Assembly (NCBI GenBank): GCA_023129115.1
Contig: JAGMCR010000004.1
Coordinates: forward strand, 1-64,000
DNA: 64,000 bases
From: Candidatus Iainarchaeum sp.
Lineage (GTDB): Archaea > B1Sed10-29 > WALL01
Direction: 5' to 3'
The translations under genes were made by a program, and so were the position numbers. The notes under the pieces are model-generated. The model was not told where the DNA came from, made no database searches, and saw only the letters and a list, made by a program, of their open reading frames with translations. Of the stretch, positions 55,320 through 64,000 are shown piece after piece. Within the stretch, counting starts at the first letter, position 1. Every line of letters starts with the position of its first letter.

Positions 55320-57116
55320 TCAAGCAATGTGCCGCCTGGCCTTTTTCTTCACGCCCGGGCCAATCCGCTCCATCTTCCTGCCCGGGCCCATCCGCTCCAT
55401 CTTCCTGCCGAACGGCTGGGGCGCCTCCCTGACGCCGACCCTGAGCTTTCCCTTCTCAAGCCTCTTGGCGCGCCAGCCAGCCTTTTTCTCCCTCACGAAC
55501 TTCGCAATCCTCTGCGCTGGGAGCGCGCCCTCCTCGCGCTTCCCCTCCCTGAACTCAACAAGCCTCTCCGGCAGCACGAGCGACGCAAACCTCACCGGAA
55601 TCTGGTCCTTCCTGACCACGCGCTGGCCCTCCCGCACGTTCTTCTCCAGCCTCGCCAAAAAATCCTTGTCGTGCATCAGGCCAAGGTGCTCGTTGTAGTC
55701 GGCCGCAATGTCGCGCGTCGCCTGCTTCGTAATCTCGCCCATCTCCTCCCCAACGCGCCTCACGTTCTTCAGGATGCCCTCGCGCGCCCTGTCGGTCTTT
55801 GCATCCGTGTACCTCTCCTGCAGGTGCGTCAGCTCCCCAAGCTTTTCCTGGAACGCGACGGACGCGCTAAGCCGCCCCATCTCGGACGGCAGCGACGACT
55901 TCCCAGTCGCGTCGTAGTCAAAAATCCCGGACGCCTCTGTCACGTTCATCAAGTGCCCGTCCCGCTGGTAAATGTCCTTCGTGAGCCTCACGAGCCGGCC
56001 CGCGCCGGCCTTCTTCACTTCCTTTCCGACGCCCTTTTGCCACTTCTCAATCTCCCACCTGAAGACCTTCATGGCGTCGACATCGTTCTTCACGGCCTTC
56101 TTGAACATCCTCTCGATGTTCTTCTCGAGCATCGCGGCAGTCCCCTTCCCCATGGCCTCGACATTGCCCTTGTCCGCAAGCGCCGCCCTTGTGACCGTGA
56201 GCTTGTCATAGACCTCGTTGGCAGTGGCGCCGCCCCCCCACATCTTTGCCGTCGTGTCGAACTGGGCAAGCTGCTGCGCGGCACTCTGCAGCACGCCCCT
56301 CCTGAAGTCCCCCCCAGCCCTCTCCTTCAGGGCGTTGACATAGCCAATATACTTTCGTGCCTGCGCAAGCTTTCCCTTGCCCTTCTCAATCTTCTTCTCA
56401 AGCTCTTCCCTTCTCGCGCCAGTCGGCTTCTCCAGCTTGAGCAGCAGCTCCGTCTGGTTCACCGCCATCTTGGCCGTGGCCGCCGTCTCCCGCAGATTCC
56501 CCATCGTCTCGTCATAGCCCTTGTCAAGGAGGTCCCAGTGCTCAAGGCTGAGGTCCCGGCCCTTCATCTCGACGTAATAGTCCCGACCCGGAACAGGCGA
56601 CAGCCTCTTGACCTTGGTAATCGTGCCCTCTTGCTCCAGCCTCCTCCCGGCCCTGCGGTCGACCATGACCTCCTCGCCGCCAGGCACTTTCTCCAGCTCC
56701 GCGTCAACTTCGACCAGCTTGACAATGTCCGGGAACGGCTTCTTCCCGGCCATTTGCTTGAGCGTCTTGTCCAGCCCGACCTTTATCACAGAGCCCCGCT
56801 GCTCTTTCTTGGTCGTGATATAGCTCGCGCCGGGCGTCTTCTTGAATATCTTGGTGTCCTTGCCGTCCTTGGCCGCGAAAATGGCTCCGGACGCCCCGCC
56901 CCTGGAAATCGGCTTGATGTCCTTGAAGCCAAGCCTCTGAAGCTTCTCGATTATTTTCTGCTCCTCGGCAGTGGCGACCAGGTCAGCCTTCTTTTTTCCC
57001 GGCCTCTTGCCAATCCCAATAATCTCCTCTTCCGGCGCAGCCCTTTCCCTCACCCGCAGCTTCCTCGCCACGCTGGGCTGCTTGCCCTTCTTGCGGAACA
57101 AGTCAAGGAGACCCAT
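55320..57116 (-). CDS. Highly basic 598-aa protein with protein-kinase/APH-like motifs
   Basis: ISRGGASGAIF + KIFK N-lobe-like motifs and QRDGHLMN + IFDYD catalytic-like motifs, separated by a long helical insert. Confidence 0.65.
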   Translation of the reverse strand: MGLLDLFRKKGKQPSVARKLRVRERAAPEEEIIGIGKRPGKKKADLVATAEEQKIIEKLQRLGFKDIKPISRGGASGAIFAAKDGKDTKIFKKTPGASYITTKKEQRGSVIKVGLDKTLKQMAGKKPFPDIVKLVEVDAELEKVPGGEEVMVDRRAGRRLEQEGTITKVKRLSPVPGRDYYVEMKGRDLSLEHWDLLDKGYDETMGNLRETAATAKMAVNQTELLLKLEKPTGARREELEKKIEKGKGKLAQARKYIGYVNALKERAGGDFRRGVLQSAAQQLAQFDTTAKMWGGGATANEVYDKLTVTRAALADKGNVEAMGKGTAAMLEKNIERMFKKAVKNDVDAMKVFRWEIEKWQKGVGKEVKKAGAGRLVRLTKDIYQRDGHLMNVTEASGIFDYDATGKSSLPSEMGRLSASVAFQEKLGELTHLQERYTDAKTDRAREGILKNVRRVGEEMGEITKQATRDIAADYNEHLGLMHDKDFLARLEKNVREGQRVVRKDQIPVRFASLVLPERLVEFREGKREEGALPAQRIAKFVREKKAGWRAKRLEKGKLRVGVREAPQPFGRKMERMGPGRKMERIGPGVKKKARRHIA

Positions 57117-57150
57117 TACAACCCCCTTACACAGAACGCCTTTATAATCA

Positions 57151-57561
57151 TTAGACCACGCCGTACAGCAAAAACGGGATCTGGGGCAGCAGCATCGCTG
57201 CCATCGTCACCCACGGCGGCAAGCTCGTGAACACAACCGGCATCGTGGGCAGCCGCATCCCCTTGAACTCTTTGTAGTCAACAAAGTCCAGGATAACGTG
57301 CACCACAATCCCCAGCGTGAAAAACGGCAAAAACGTGTAAAGCGCCTTCATCCCCGGGAACAAATACCCCAAGTAAAAGATGGCTGACGGCACAAACGCC
57401 GTGTGCGTAATCCACGACCTGTGGAAATTAGGCAGAATATCGTCAATATCCGGGAAAATCGCGCCCAAAGCAAGGGCATATGCCGCCAGGAACTGCCCCT
57501 GGGAAAAGAAAAACCCGCCCAAGAGAACGGCGGACGCAATGTGGACAACCGCCCTCGCCAT
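57151..57561 (-). CDS. Membrane metal-dependent hydrolase (YdjM-like)
   Basis: H...PDID...HR..TH...H..LD motif series. Confidence 0.85.
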   Translation of the reverse strand: MARAVVHIASAVLLGGFFFSQGQFLAAYALALGAIFPDIDDILPNFHRSWITHTAFVPSAIFYLGYLFPGMKALYTFLPFFTLGIVVHVILDFVDYKEFKGMRLPTMPVVFTSLPPWVTMAAMLLPQIPFLLYGVV

Positions 57562-57657
57562 GGCAATAATTATGCGGCAGAGGCTTTATAAAGACCATGC
57601 TTTTTCAGTGGCGAAAACAGCACCCTTTATATAGGTTTGCAATTATAATTGAGGGCG

Positions 57658-58062
57658 ATGAAGCGATTAGTGCTCCTCTTAATCATCGCCAGCCTTGCAC
57701 TCGCGCAGTGCACGGACAACGGCATCTGCGAGCCAGAGGAAAAGCCGTTCGGGTGCCCGGACTGCAGTTTCGGCAGCGTGTGCGTGGACGACGGCAAGTG
57801 CACGAGTGTCGAGATAGAGGCGGGCTGCAGCGACTGCTCGACCACAAAAGTCGCCAAATGCGTGGACAACGGCGTCTGCTCCAAGGAAGAGAAGTCCCTC
57901 GGCAACTGCAACGACTGCAAGCCCAAGGGCATTGACACCGGCCTCCTGCTCCTCGCGGGCGGAATCGGCTTGTTCGGCTTCATGGTCATCGGCGTCATAC
58001 TCGTGATAATCGTCGCGCTCTACATGCTCTCCCAGCACAGCAACCGCAGAATCAGGATGTAG
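57658..58062 (+). CDS. Small secreted Cys-rich repeat protein with a C-terminal TM
   Basis: Signal peptide; three C.D(N/D)G.C...E....C.DC repeats; TM plus basic tail. Confidence 0.78.
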   Translation: MKRLVLLLIIASLALAQCTDNGICEPEEKPFGCPDCSFGSVCVDDGKCTSVEIEAGCSDCSTTKVAKCVDNGVCSKEEKSLGNCNDCKPKGIDTGLLLLAGGIGLFGFMVIGVILVIIVALYMLSQHSNRRIRM

Positions 58063-58117
58063 CCACCCACTTTCTTTATATATACTTTCTACGTAGTGCC
58101 TATTCGGTAGGATTCGG

Positions 58118-59125
58118 ATGGGGGTAAACCTCGGTGAGCTGCTGCCTGGCAAGAGCATTGAGCTCGAGCACCTGACAGGGCGCTCCATCGCAGTCGACGC
58201 ATACAACACTCTTTACCAGTTCCTCTCGATTATCCGCCAGCCCGACGGCACACCCCTCATGAACAGCCGCGGCGAAACCACTTCGCACCTCGCCGGCCTA
58301 TTGTACCGCACCTCCAACCTCGTGGCCCTCGGCATACGCCCCGCGTTCGTGTTCGACGGCGTGCCCCCCGAAAAAAAGGCCGAGACAATCGCCGCGCGGG
58401 TCGAGGTCCGCCGCAAGGCAAAGGAAAAGTGGGACGACGCGCTCGAGCGCGGCGCAGTGGAAGAGGCGCGGACCTATGCCCAGCAGGCCACTCGTTTAAC
58501 AAAAGAAATGGTCGTGCAGGCAAACGAGCTCCTCGCCGCGCTCGGAATCCCGTCTGTCCAGGCGCCCCAGGAGGGCGAGGCCCAGGCCGCGTTCATGTGC
58601 GCAGAGGGGGACGTCTGGGCGGCGGGGTCGCAGGACTTCGACGCGTTGTTGTTCGGCTCGCCGCGCTTGTTAAGAAACATGACTATCACGGGCCGCCGCA
58701 AGCTCCCAAGGAAAAACATTTACATCATGGTCAAGCCCGAATTGATTGAAATGGAAGAATGTGAATTGACGCGCGGGCAACTACTCGAAATCGCCTTGAT
58801 GATGGGCACGGACTTCAACGAGGGGGTCAAGGGCATCGGCCCCAAGAAAGCGCTCGCCGCGATAAAGGGCGGCAAGACAGCGGACGACGTGCACCGCGAG
58901 GCCGGGCTCGAGGGCGACCTCACCGCAGTGCGCGACATATTCCTCCACCCCGAGACGACGAAGGGGTACAAGCTCGAGTGGCGCGGGCCGGACGAGGAAA
59001 AGGCGTTGAAGCTTCTGGTCGACAGGCACGAGTTTTCCGAGTCGCGCGTCAAGTCGTCGCTGGCAAAGATGCGCGAGGCATTGTCGTCCAAGGGCACGCA
59101 GAGCAGGCTGGACGTGTGGTCATGA
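58118..59125 (+). CDS. fen: Flap endonuclease 1
   Basis: MGV, DAYN.LYQFL..IRQPDG, EGEAQAA, SQDFD, GTDFN.G..GIG.K; C-terminal PIP box QSRLDVW. Confidence 0.97.
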   Translation: MGVNLGELLPGKSIELEHLTGRSIAVDAYNTLYQFLSIIRQPDGTPLMNSRGETTSHLAGLLYRTSNLVALGIRPAFVFDGVPPEKKAETIAARVEVRRKAKEKWDDALERGAVEEARTYAQQATRLTKEMVVQANELLAALGIPSVQAPQEGEAQAAFMCAEGDVWAAGSQDFDALLFGSPRLLRNMTITGRRKLPRKNIYIMVKPELIEMEECELTRGQLLEIALMMGTDFNEGVKGIGPKKALAAIKGGKTADDVHREAGLEGDLTAVRDIFLHPETTKGYKLEWRGPDEEKALKLLVDRHEFSESRVKSSLAKMREALSSKGTQSRLDVWS

Positions 59126-59667
59126 AAATGCTTGAAAAACTGCGCAAGGCGTTCAAGGCGAAGAACCTGACGGCGCTCAAGAGAATCAGCAACCAGGCAA
59201 TCGAGCGCGCGGCATTGACCGAGGACCCGGAGATGGTCAACATCTCCCTGATTGCGTACGCCCTGTACAAATTGCTCTCGAAGCCGCACGTGCTCGAGAG
59301 CGAGCAGTGGGAAGCGTTCGTAAAGGACGTCGACGCGGACCTGGCCGAGGGCATGGCGCTCCAGGAAAAGGGCGAGGCCGTGGGCGGGCTGCTCGAGAAG
59401 GACATCATCAACGACATCAACAAAATTGACGCGTCGCTCGGCAACTATGTCCAGGACGTAATCAAAAAGGCGCGGATGAAGCAGGCGTCGCGCATCTACG
59501 CCATGGGCCTGTCCCTCGACAAGGCCATCGCCCTCACGGGCGCGGACCGCTTCCAATTGATGTCGTACATCGGCGCCACCGTAATCCACGAGCGGCCGTT
59601 CACCCGCACGAAGAGCGTGGTCGACCGCTACCAGACAACAAAAAAAATCCTTGGTGAGAAAAAATGA
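59122..59667 (+). CDS. Conserved-looking hypothetical helical protein
   Basis: 181 aa; ATGA overlap with fen; core-genome codon usage; HTH-like GLSL..A..LTG segment. Confidence 0.75.
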   Translation: MKMLEKLRKAFKAKNLTALKRISNQAIERAALTEDPEMVNISLIAYALYKLLSKPHVLESEQWEAFVKDVDADLAEGMALQEKGEAVGGLLEKDIINDINKIDASLGNYVQDVIKKARMKQASRIYAMGLSLDKAIALTGADRFQLMSYIGATVIHERPFTRTKSVVDRYQTTKKILGEKK

Positions 59668-60323
59668 AAAAAATCGTGTGTGACTCGTCCTCGCTCATCT
59701 CGATGAGCGACAACTGCGTGCTGTGGCTATTGCCCGAGTTCGGCGTGGAGTTCGTCGTGCCCGAGGAAGTCAAGCGCGAGATTGTGGACAGGCCAATGAA
59801 GGAGGTGAGGTTCCAGTTCAAGGCATTGCGCCTGAGCCGGGCCATCACCAACGGCTCAATTAAGGTAGTGACCGACAGCGGCGTCGCGAAGCGGGCGAAG
59901 GAAATCGTGCGGCTCGCGAACTCATTGTTCAAGTACGGCAGGCACAACGTGAGCATCCTCCACGGCGGCGAGGCCGAGTCCATCGCGTTGATGCAGAAGC
60001 AGGGCATCCAAACCCTCCTCGTCGACGAGCGCACGACAAGATTGCTCATCGAGGACCGGGTCGCGCTCAGGAAATACATCGAGCGCCGCACGGGGTTCAA
60101 CCTGAAGCTCAACAAGCAAATCGCGGGGCAGCTCGAGGACGAGGTCGGCGGCGTCGACGTAATCCGCTCCAGTGAATTATTGGCGTGGGCGTACGAGAAC
60201 GGGCTAATGGAAAAGTTCGGCAGGGACCGGAACGTCCTGCACGCGTCGCTCTACGGCCTGAAGTACTCGGGCTGCGCGATTTCGAACGAGGAAATCGAGG
60301 ACTACATGAAGCTCCTGGCGTAG
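59664..60323 (+). CDS. PIN-domain-like protein
   Basis: IVCDSSSLI, V..E, LHGGEAESIAL and LVDER acidic motifs. Confidence 0.75.
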   Translation: MKKIVCDSSSLISMSDNCVLWLLPEFGVEFVVPEEVKREIVDRPMKEVRFQFKALRLSRAITNGSIKVVTDSGVAKRAKEIVRLANSLFKYGRHNVSILHGGEAESIALMQKQGIQTLLVDERTTRLLIEDRVALRKYIERRTGFNLKLNKQIAGQLEDEVGGVDVIRSSELLAWAYENGLMEKFGRDRNVLHASLYGLKYSGCAISNEEIEDYMKLLA

Positions 60324-60370
60324 GAACTTATTTATTCTTTCTCTTCTTAGTTCCAGTAGCGAGGCCTTTA

Positions 60371-60484
60371 ATGAGTGTAAAATCTTTTGTTAAGCGACTT
60401 CTTGACAGGGGGCGCGACGAAGAGCCTGACGATGAAGCCGAGAAGGTGAAGGAGCGCTTGAGGGCGCTCGGGTATTCGGAGTGA
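60371..60484 (+). CDS. 37-aa microprotein ending in EKVKERLRALGY
   Basis: MSVKSFVKRLLDRGRDEEPDDEAEKVKERLRALGYSE; stop 4 bp before the next ATG. Confidence 0.6.
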   Translation: MSVKSFVKRLLDRGRDEEPDDEAEKVKERLRALGYSE

Positions 60485-60488
60485 GCTA

Positions 60489-61715
60489 ATGAAAGTGGCT
60501 GTCGTCGGCACTGGCTACGTGGGGTTGATTACCGGCACAGCATTCGCGCTGAAGGGCCACGGCGTAACTTGCGTCGACACCGACGAGGCAAAAGTAAAGG
60601 CCCTCAACAATAAGTCACCCCACATTTACGAGGAAGGGCTCGCGGAGGCACTCGAAAAAACCGTTGGCAAAACACTGGGCGCGACCACTTCTCTTGCCGA
60701 TGCAGTCAGCGGTGCTGGTGTTGTGTTCATCGCTGTCGGGACCCCGTCGCGCGCCGACGGGAGCATCAACGACGATTACGTTATGCAGGCAGCCAAGGGC
60801 ATACGGGACGCCATTCCCAACAGCGAAAAGCCAGTTGTTGTCGTGAAGAGCACTGTTCTGCCGGGCACGGGCGACCGCGTTGCCGTGCTCCTCGGCGAAA
60901 AATCTTTTGTCGCGAGCAACCCCGAGTTTTTGCAGGAGGGCAAGGCGCTGCATGGCGCCCTGCACCCTGACCGGATAGTCGTTGGCACGGAAGACGAAGA
61001 GGCGAAGGCAACACTCGGCGAATTGTACTCTTCTTTTGATGCGCCCGTGTTCCACACAAGCCGCAGCATAGCAGAAATGGTGAAGTACGCGAGCAACGCG
61101 TTCCTCGCCACGAAAATCAGCTTCATCAACGAAATCGGGAATTTGTGCAAGGCCTTGGGGATTGACACGCGCGAGGTCGCGAGGGGCATTGGCATGGACC
61201 ACCGCATCAACCACCGGTTTTTGGGGAGCGGGTGCGGGTTCGGCGGCTCGTGCTTCCCGAAGGACGTGAAGGCAATCGTGGCGAGGGCGAGGGAGGAGGG
61301 CGTTGGCACTCCTGTCCTCGACGGCGTGCTTAGGACTAACGATGAGCAGGTCCTGCGGCTAATCAAGCTCGCGAAAAAGCACACGCCATTGAAGGGCAGG
61401 CGCGTGGGCGTGTTCGGTCTCGCGTTCAAGCCCGGGACTGACGACGTGCGGGAGTCGCCTGCGCTGCGCCTTATTCCCGCGCTGCTTAATGAAGGCGCTG
61501 TTGTTTCTGCGTATGACCCGAAGGCAATGGATAACGCCGGGGGGCTGGGCATTGGCCTCGCGGCGAGCGCGAGGGAGCTCGCGGACTCCAGCGAGGTGTG
61601 CTTCATCGTGACTGACTGGGACGAATTCAAGGACGATTCTCTTTACACGGATAAGATTGTTGTGGACGGCAGGGGCGTGACCACGGCGGGGTGCTACGAG
61701 GGGGTGTGCTGGTGA
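60489..61715 (+). CDS. ugd: UDP-glucose 6-dehydrogenase family enzyme
   Basis: GTGYVG, KSTV.PGT, NPEFL.EG, GFGGSCFPKD, FKPGTDDVRESP. Confidence 0.93.
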   Translation: MKVAVVGTGYVGLITGTAFALKGHGVTCVDTDEAKVKALNNKSPHIYEEGLAEALEKTVGKTLGATTSLADAVSGAGVVFIAVGTPSRADGSINDDYVMQAAKGIRDAIPNSEKPVVVVKSTVLPGTGDRVAVLLGEKSFVASNPEFLQEGKALHGALHPDRIVVGTEDEEAKATLGELYSSFDAPVFHTSRSIAEMVKYASNAFLATKISFINEIGNLCKALGIDTREVARGIGMDHRINHRFLGSGCGFGGSCFPKDVKAIVARAREEGVGTPVLDGVLRTNDEQVLRLIKLAKKHTPLKGRRVGVFGLAFKPGTDDVRESPALRLIPALLNEGAVVSAYDPKAMDNAGGLGIGLAASARELADSSEVCFIVTDWDEFKDDSLYTDKIVVDGRGVTTAGCYEGVCW

Positions 61716-62590
61716 TAGTGGAGAACTCCTCCATCCGCGGCTGGGTGTACAACAATTTTGACTGGGTGTTCAGGTTTGCCTATTGCAAAATCCCATTCGT
61801 CAGCGGGGCTGCCCGCAGCCTGTTTTTCCCAGTGCTTTACTCCAGCGACTTTTCTATCCCGGAGCAAGTGTTCGAAGAGGTGAGGGGATTCATCAGTGGG
61901 GGCATTCATGGAAAGACCGTGCTCGAAATTGGGCCTGGGAACTCGAGCGCACTGGCCCTAAATTTTTTGGCGAATGGCGCGGCGAAGTATATCATGGTTG
62001 ACAAGTTCCCGCGCGTTTTTGACACGGAATTCCAAAAGGATTTCTTCCGCAAGGAAAGCGCGTTCTACCTAGAAAAATATGGCAGAAAAGTCGCGAAGTT
62101 CATCAAGGGGGGCGGCCTTGACGGCAGGCACACCAAGTTCATTAACGAGGGCGTAGAGAATATGCCAAGTGTGCCGGACGGCTCTGTGGACATTGTCGTG
62201 AGCGTCAGTGCATTCGAGCACGTAAAGGAAGTGAAAGAGTCTCTTTCAGAGGTCTCCCGGGTGCTTGCGCCCGGCGGCGTGCTCGTGAGCCAGATAAACA
62301 TGCAGGACCACTACAACTTCAACAGCCCATTCAGGTTCCTGAAGTACTCTGATTTCGCCTGGCGTTGCCTCCTGACGAAGGAGGGGCACTCTTACACAAA
62401 CAGGCTCAGGATTGATGACTTCCTTGGGCTTATGGCCGAGGCAGGCCTTGGCGCAACTGTCCTGAGCTCAGACAACTGGGAAGGCGCCCTGGACAAGAGG
62501 GCTTTCGCGCCGCGGTTCAGGGAAAAGAAAGAGTCAGACTTAAGAATAATGTCGGCCACAATCATCGCGAAAAAGGGGCGTGCAAAATGA
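61712..62590 (+). CDS. Class I SAM-dependent methyltransferase
   Basis: VLEIGPG, D...S...FEH, LAPGG, NRLR. Confidence 0.85.
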   Translation: MIVENSSIRGWVYNNFDWVFRFAYCKIPFVSGAARSLFFPVLYSSDFSIPEQVFEEVRGFISGGIHGKTVLEIGPGNSSALALNFLANGAAKYIMVDKFPRVFDTEFQKDFFRKESAFYLEKYGRKVAKFIKGGGLDGRHTKFINEGVENMPSVPDGSVDIVVSVSAFEHVKEVKESLSEVSRVLAPGGVLVSQINMQDHYNFNSPFRFLKYSDFAWRCLLTKEGHSYTNRLRIDDFLGLMAEAGLGATVLSSDNWEGALDKRAFAPRFREKKESDLRIMSATIIAKKGRAK

Positions 62591-63459
62591 AAGTAGAAAA
62601 AGCAGTCATCCCCGCCGCGGGCTTCGGCACGCGCTTCCTTCCGTTCACAAAGGCAATGCCAAAGGAAATGCTGCCCATCATCGACAAGCCCACGATTCAC
62701 TTCGTGGTCGAGGAGGCGGTGAACTCCGGGATTGACGACATACTTATTATCACGGGCAAGGGCAAGCACTCGATAGAAAATTATTTCGACCGCAACAGTG
62801 AGCTCGAGGCCTTCCTTGAGAAAAAGGGCAAGGCACACCAGATTCAGCCGCTGCGGGACATCGAGGAAATGGCGCACATACACTACATTCGCCAAAAGGA
62901 GCAGAAGGGCCTCGCCCACGCCATCAGCTGCGCCGAGAAGCACGTTAGCGGCGAGCCGTTTGCGGTTCTGCTTGGGGACAATATCATCCACGGGGAGCCG
63001 CCGTGCACCAGGCAATTAGTCGATGAGCACTTGCGGACCGGCAAGACCGTGGTCGCGGTCGAGGAAAAGCCGGGGGACCAGCTCCACAGGTACGGCGTCG
63101 TTGACGGAACGCCGCTGGGGGAGCGGTCGCTGCTGGTGACGGGCGTTGTAGAGAAGCCACCGCCCGGCACCGCGCCGTCGAACCTGGTGTCGAACGGGAG
63201 GTACGTGTTCAGCCCCGAGATTTTTGACTGCATAAGGAATGCCCCTGCCGGCGCTGGCGGTGAGTATCAAATCACCGATGCGATGAAGCCACTGGTGGAA
63301 AAGCGCGAAGTCGTCGCCTACAAGTACGCGGGCGAGCGGTGGTACGACACAGGCGACAAAGTAGCGTACGTAATCGCGAATATTGAGTTTGCCCTTCGGC
63401 ATGACGAGCACAGGGAAGAGCTATCAGAGTACTTGAGGGAGCTAGCCAAGCGGCTTTAG
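62587..63459 (+). CDS. galU: UTP--glucose-1-phosphate uridylyltransferase
   Basis: KAVIPAAGFGTRFLP.TKA.PKEMLP, VEKP, GEYQITDA. Confidence 0.93.
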   Translation: MKVEKAVIPAAGFGTRFLPFTKAMPKEMLPIIDKPTIHFVVEEAVNSGIDDILIITGKGKHSIENYFDRNSELEAFLEKKGKAHQIQPLRDIEEMAHIHYIRQKEQKGLAHAISCAEKHVSGEPFAVLLGDNIIHGEPPCTRQLVDEHLRTGKTVVAVEEKPGDQLHRYGVVDGTPLGERSLLVTGVVEKPPPGTAPSNLVSNGRYVFSPEIFDCIRNAPAGAGGEYQITDAMKPLVEKREVVAYKYAGERWYDTGDKVAYVIANIEFALRHDEHREELSEYLRELAKRL

Positions 63460-63612
63460 CGAGGCCACTCCGGCGACAAGCACTGTGGCGAGGAAAAGCT
63501 CCAGGCTAACGAACCCTGCTATCTCAGGTATGAACTGGGCCGTGAGCGCGGTTGCTGCAAAAAGCGCCAGCAGCAGCGTGAACGCGGTTGCCAGGGTGTT
63601 TTTCTCGCCCAT
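63442..63612 (-). CDS. 56-aa two-TM microprotein
   Basis: MGEKNTLATAFTLLLALFAATALTAQFIPEIAGFVSLELFLATVLVAGVASLKPLG. Confidence 0.5.
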   Translation of the reverse strand: MGEKNTLATAFTLLLALFAATALTAQFIPEIAGFVSLELFLATVLVAGVASLKPLG

Positions 63613-63651
63613 TGATTATTTATAGTCAGTTTTCCCTTAAATAACGCACTT

Positions 63652-64000
63652 ATGCGGGGCATTTTCAAAAAGAAGGAGCTGCTTTTCGTCGTACTTCTTC
63701 TTGTGGCAGGGCTTTTCCTTAGGGCGTATGACCTGGGCTCGCAGTCCCTGTGGATTGACGAGGCGTATTCCACTACTGCTGCATTGGGGGTGCTGGAGCA
63801 CGGCTATCCCCAGATGCCTTCTGGCGAGCCCTACTCCCGTGCGCCCCTCCACACTTATTCTGTCGCGGCGAGCTTTGCCTTGTTTGGCGTGGGCGAGGCA
63901 TCGGCGCGGCTGCCGGCAGTCGTGTTCGGTGTCTTCACGATAGCAATCGCTTACTTGCTCGCGAAGGAATTGCTGGGCAGGGACGTGGCGCTCCTAACCG
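63652..64000 (+). CDS. ArnT/PMT-like (GT-C) membrane glycosyltransferase, 3'-truncated
   Basis: LR...LG.QSLWIDEA, FGVGEASARLP..FG motifs; frame open to the window end. Confidence 0.88.
   Translation, partial: MRGIFKKKELLFVVLLLVAGLFLRAYDLGSQSLWIDEAYSTTAALGVLEHGYPQMPSGEPYSRAPLHTYSVAASFALFGVGEASARLPAVVFGVFTIAIAYLLAKELLGRDVALLT

Noticed and set aside
55329-57230. 633-aa plus-strand ORF
   Set aside because: It is the antisense shadow of the 598-aa minus-strand gene, with an L/P/H-rich composition typical of non-coding frames.

Overview
A GC-rich archaeal chromosomal segment. The gene set (SMC/ScpA/ScpB, MCM, FEN1, aIF1A/aIF2beta, Dph5/Dph6, EndA, FtsZ, TrpRS, ValRS) together with bacterial-type HU, MetK and class II HMG-CoA reductase and many short basic or unknown proteins suggests a DPANN-like lineage; this taxonomy is inferred. 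Most of the window is housekeeping. The accessory features are a 542-aa LAGLIDADG intein in the SMC Walker A motif, four tRNA genes, a free-standing LAGLIDADG gene, a 2.6-kaa surface protein with a Ser/Thr pentapeptide solenoid, an AT-richer island of secreted proteins (about 38.4-42.8 kb), a 598-aa basic protein with split kinase-like motifs, and the start of a glycosylation cluster. The richest signal is non-coding. The tRNA-Arg(CCT) intron carries a complete C/D-box guide layout that does not match its own exons. tRNA-Trp has two introns (27/28 and 37/38). Two families of small palindromic repeats concentrate at tRNA loci, and three tRNA loci carry duplicated tRNA fragments. All calls come from motif reading by eye; no database searches were run.
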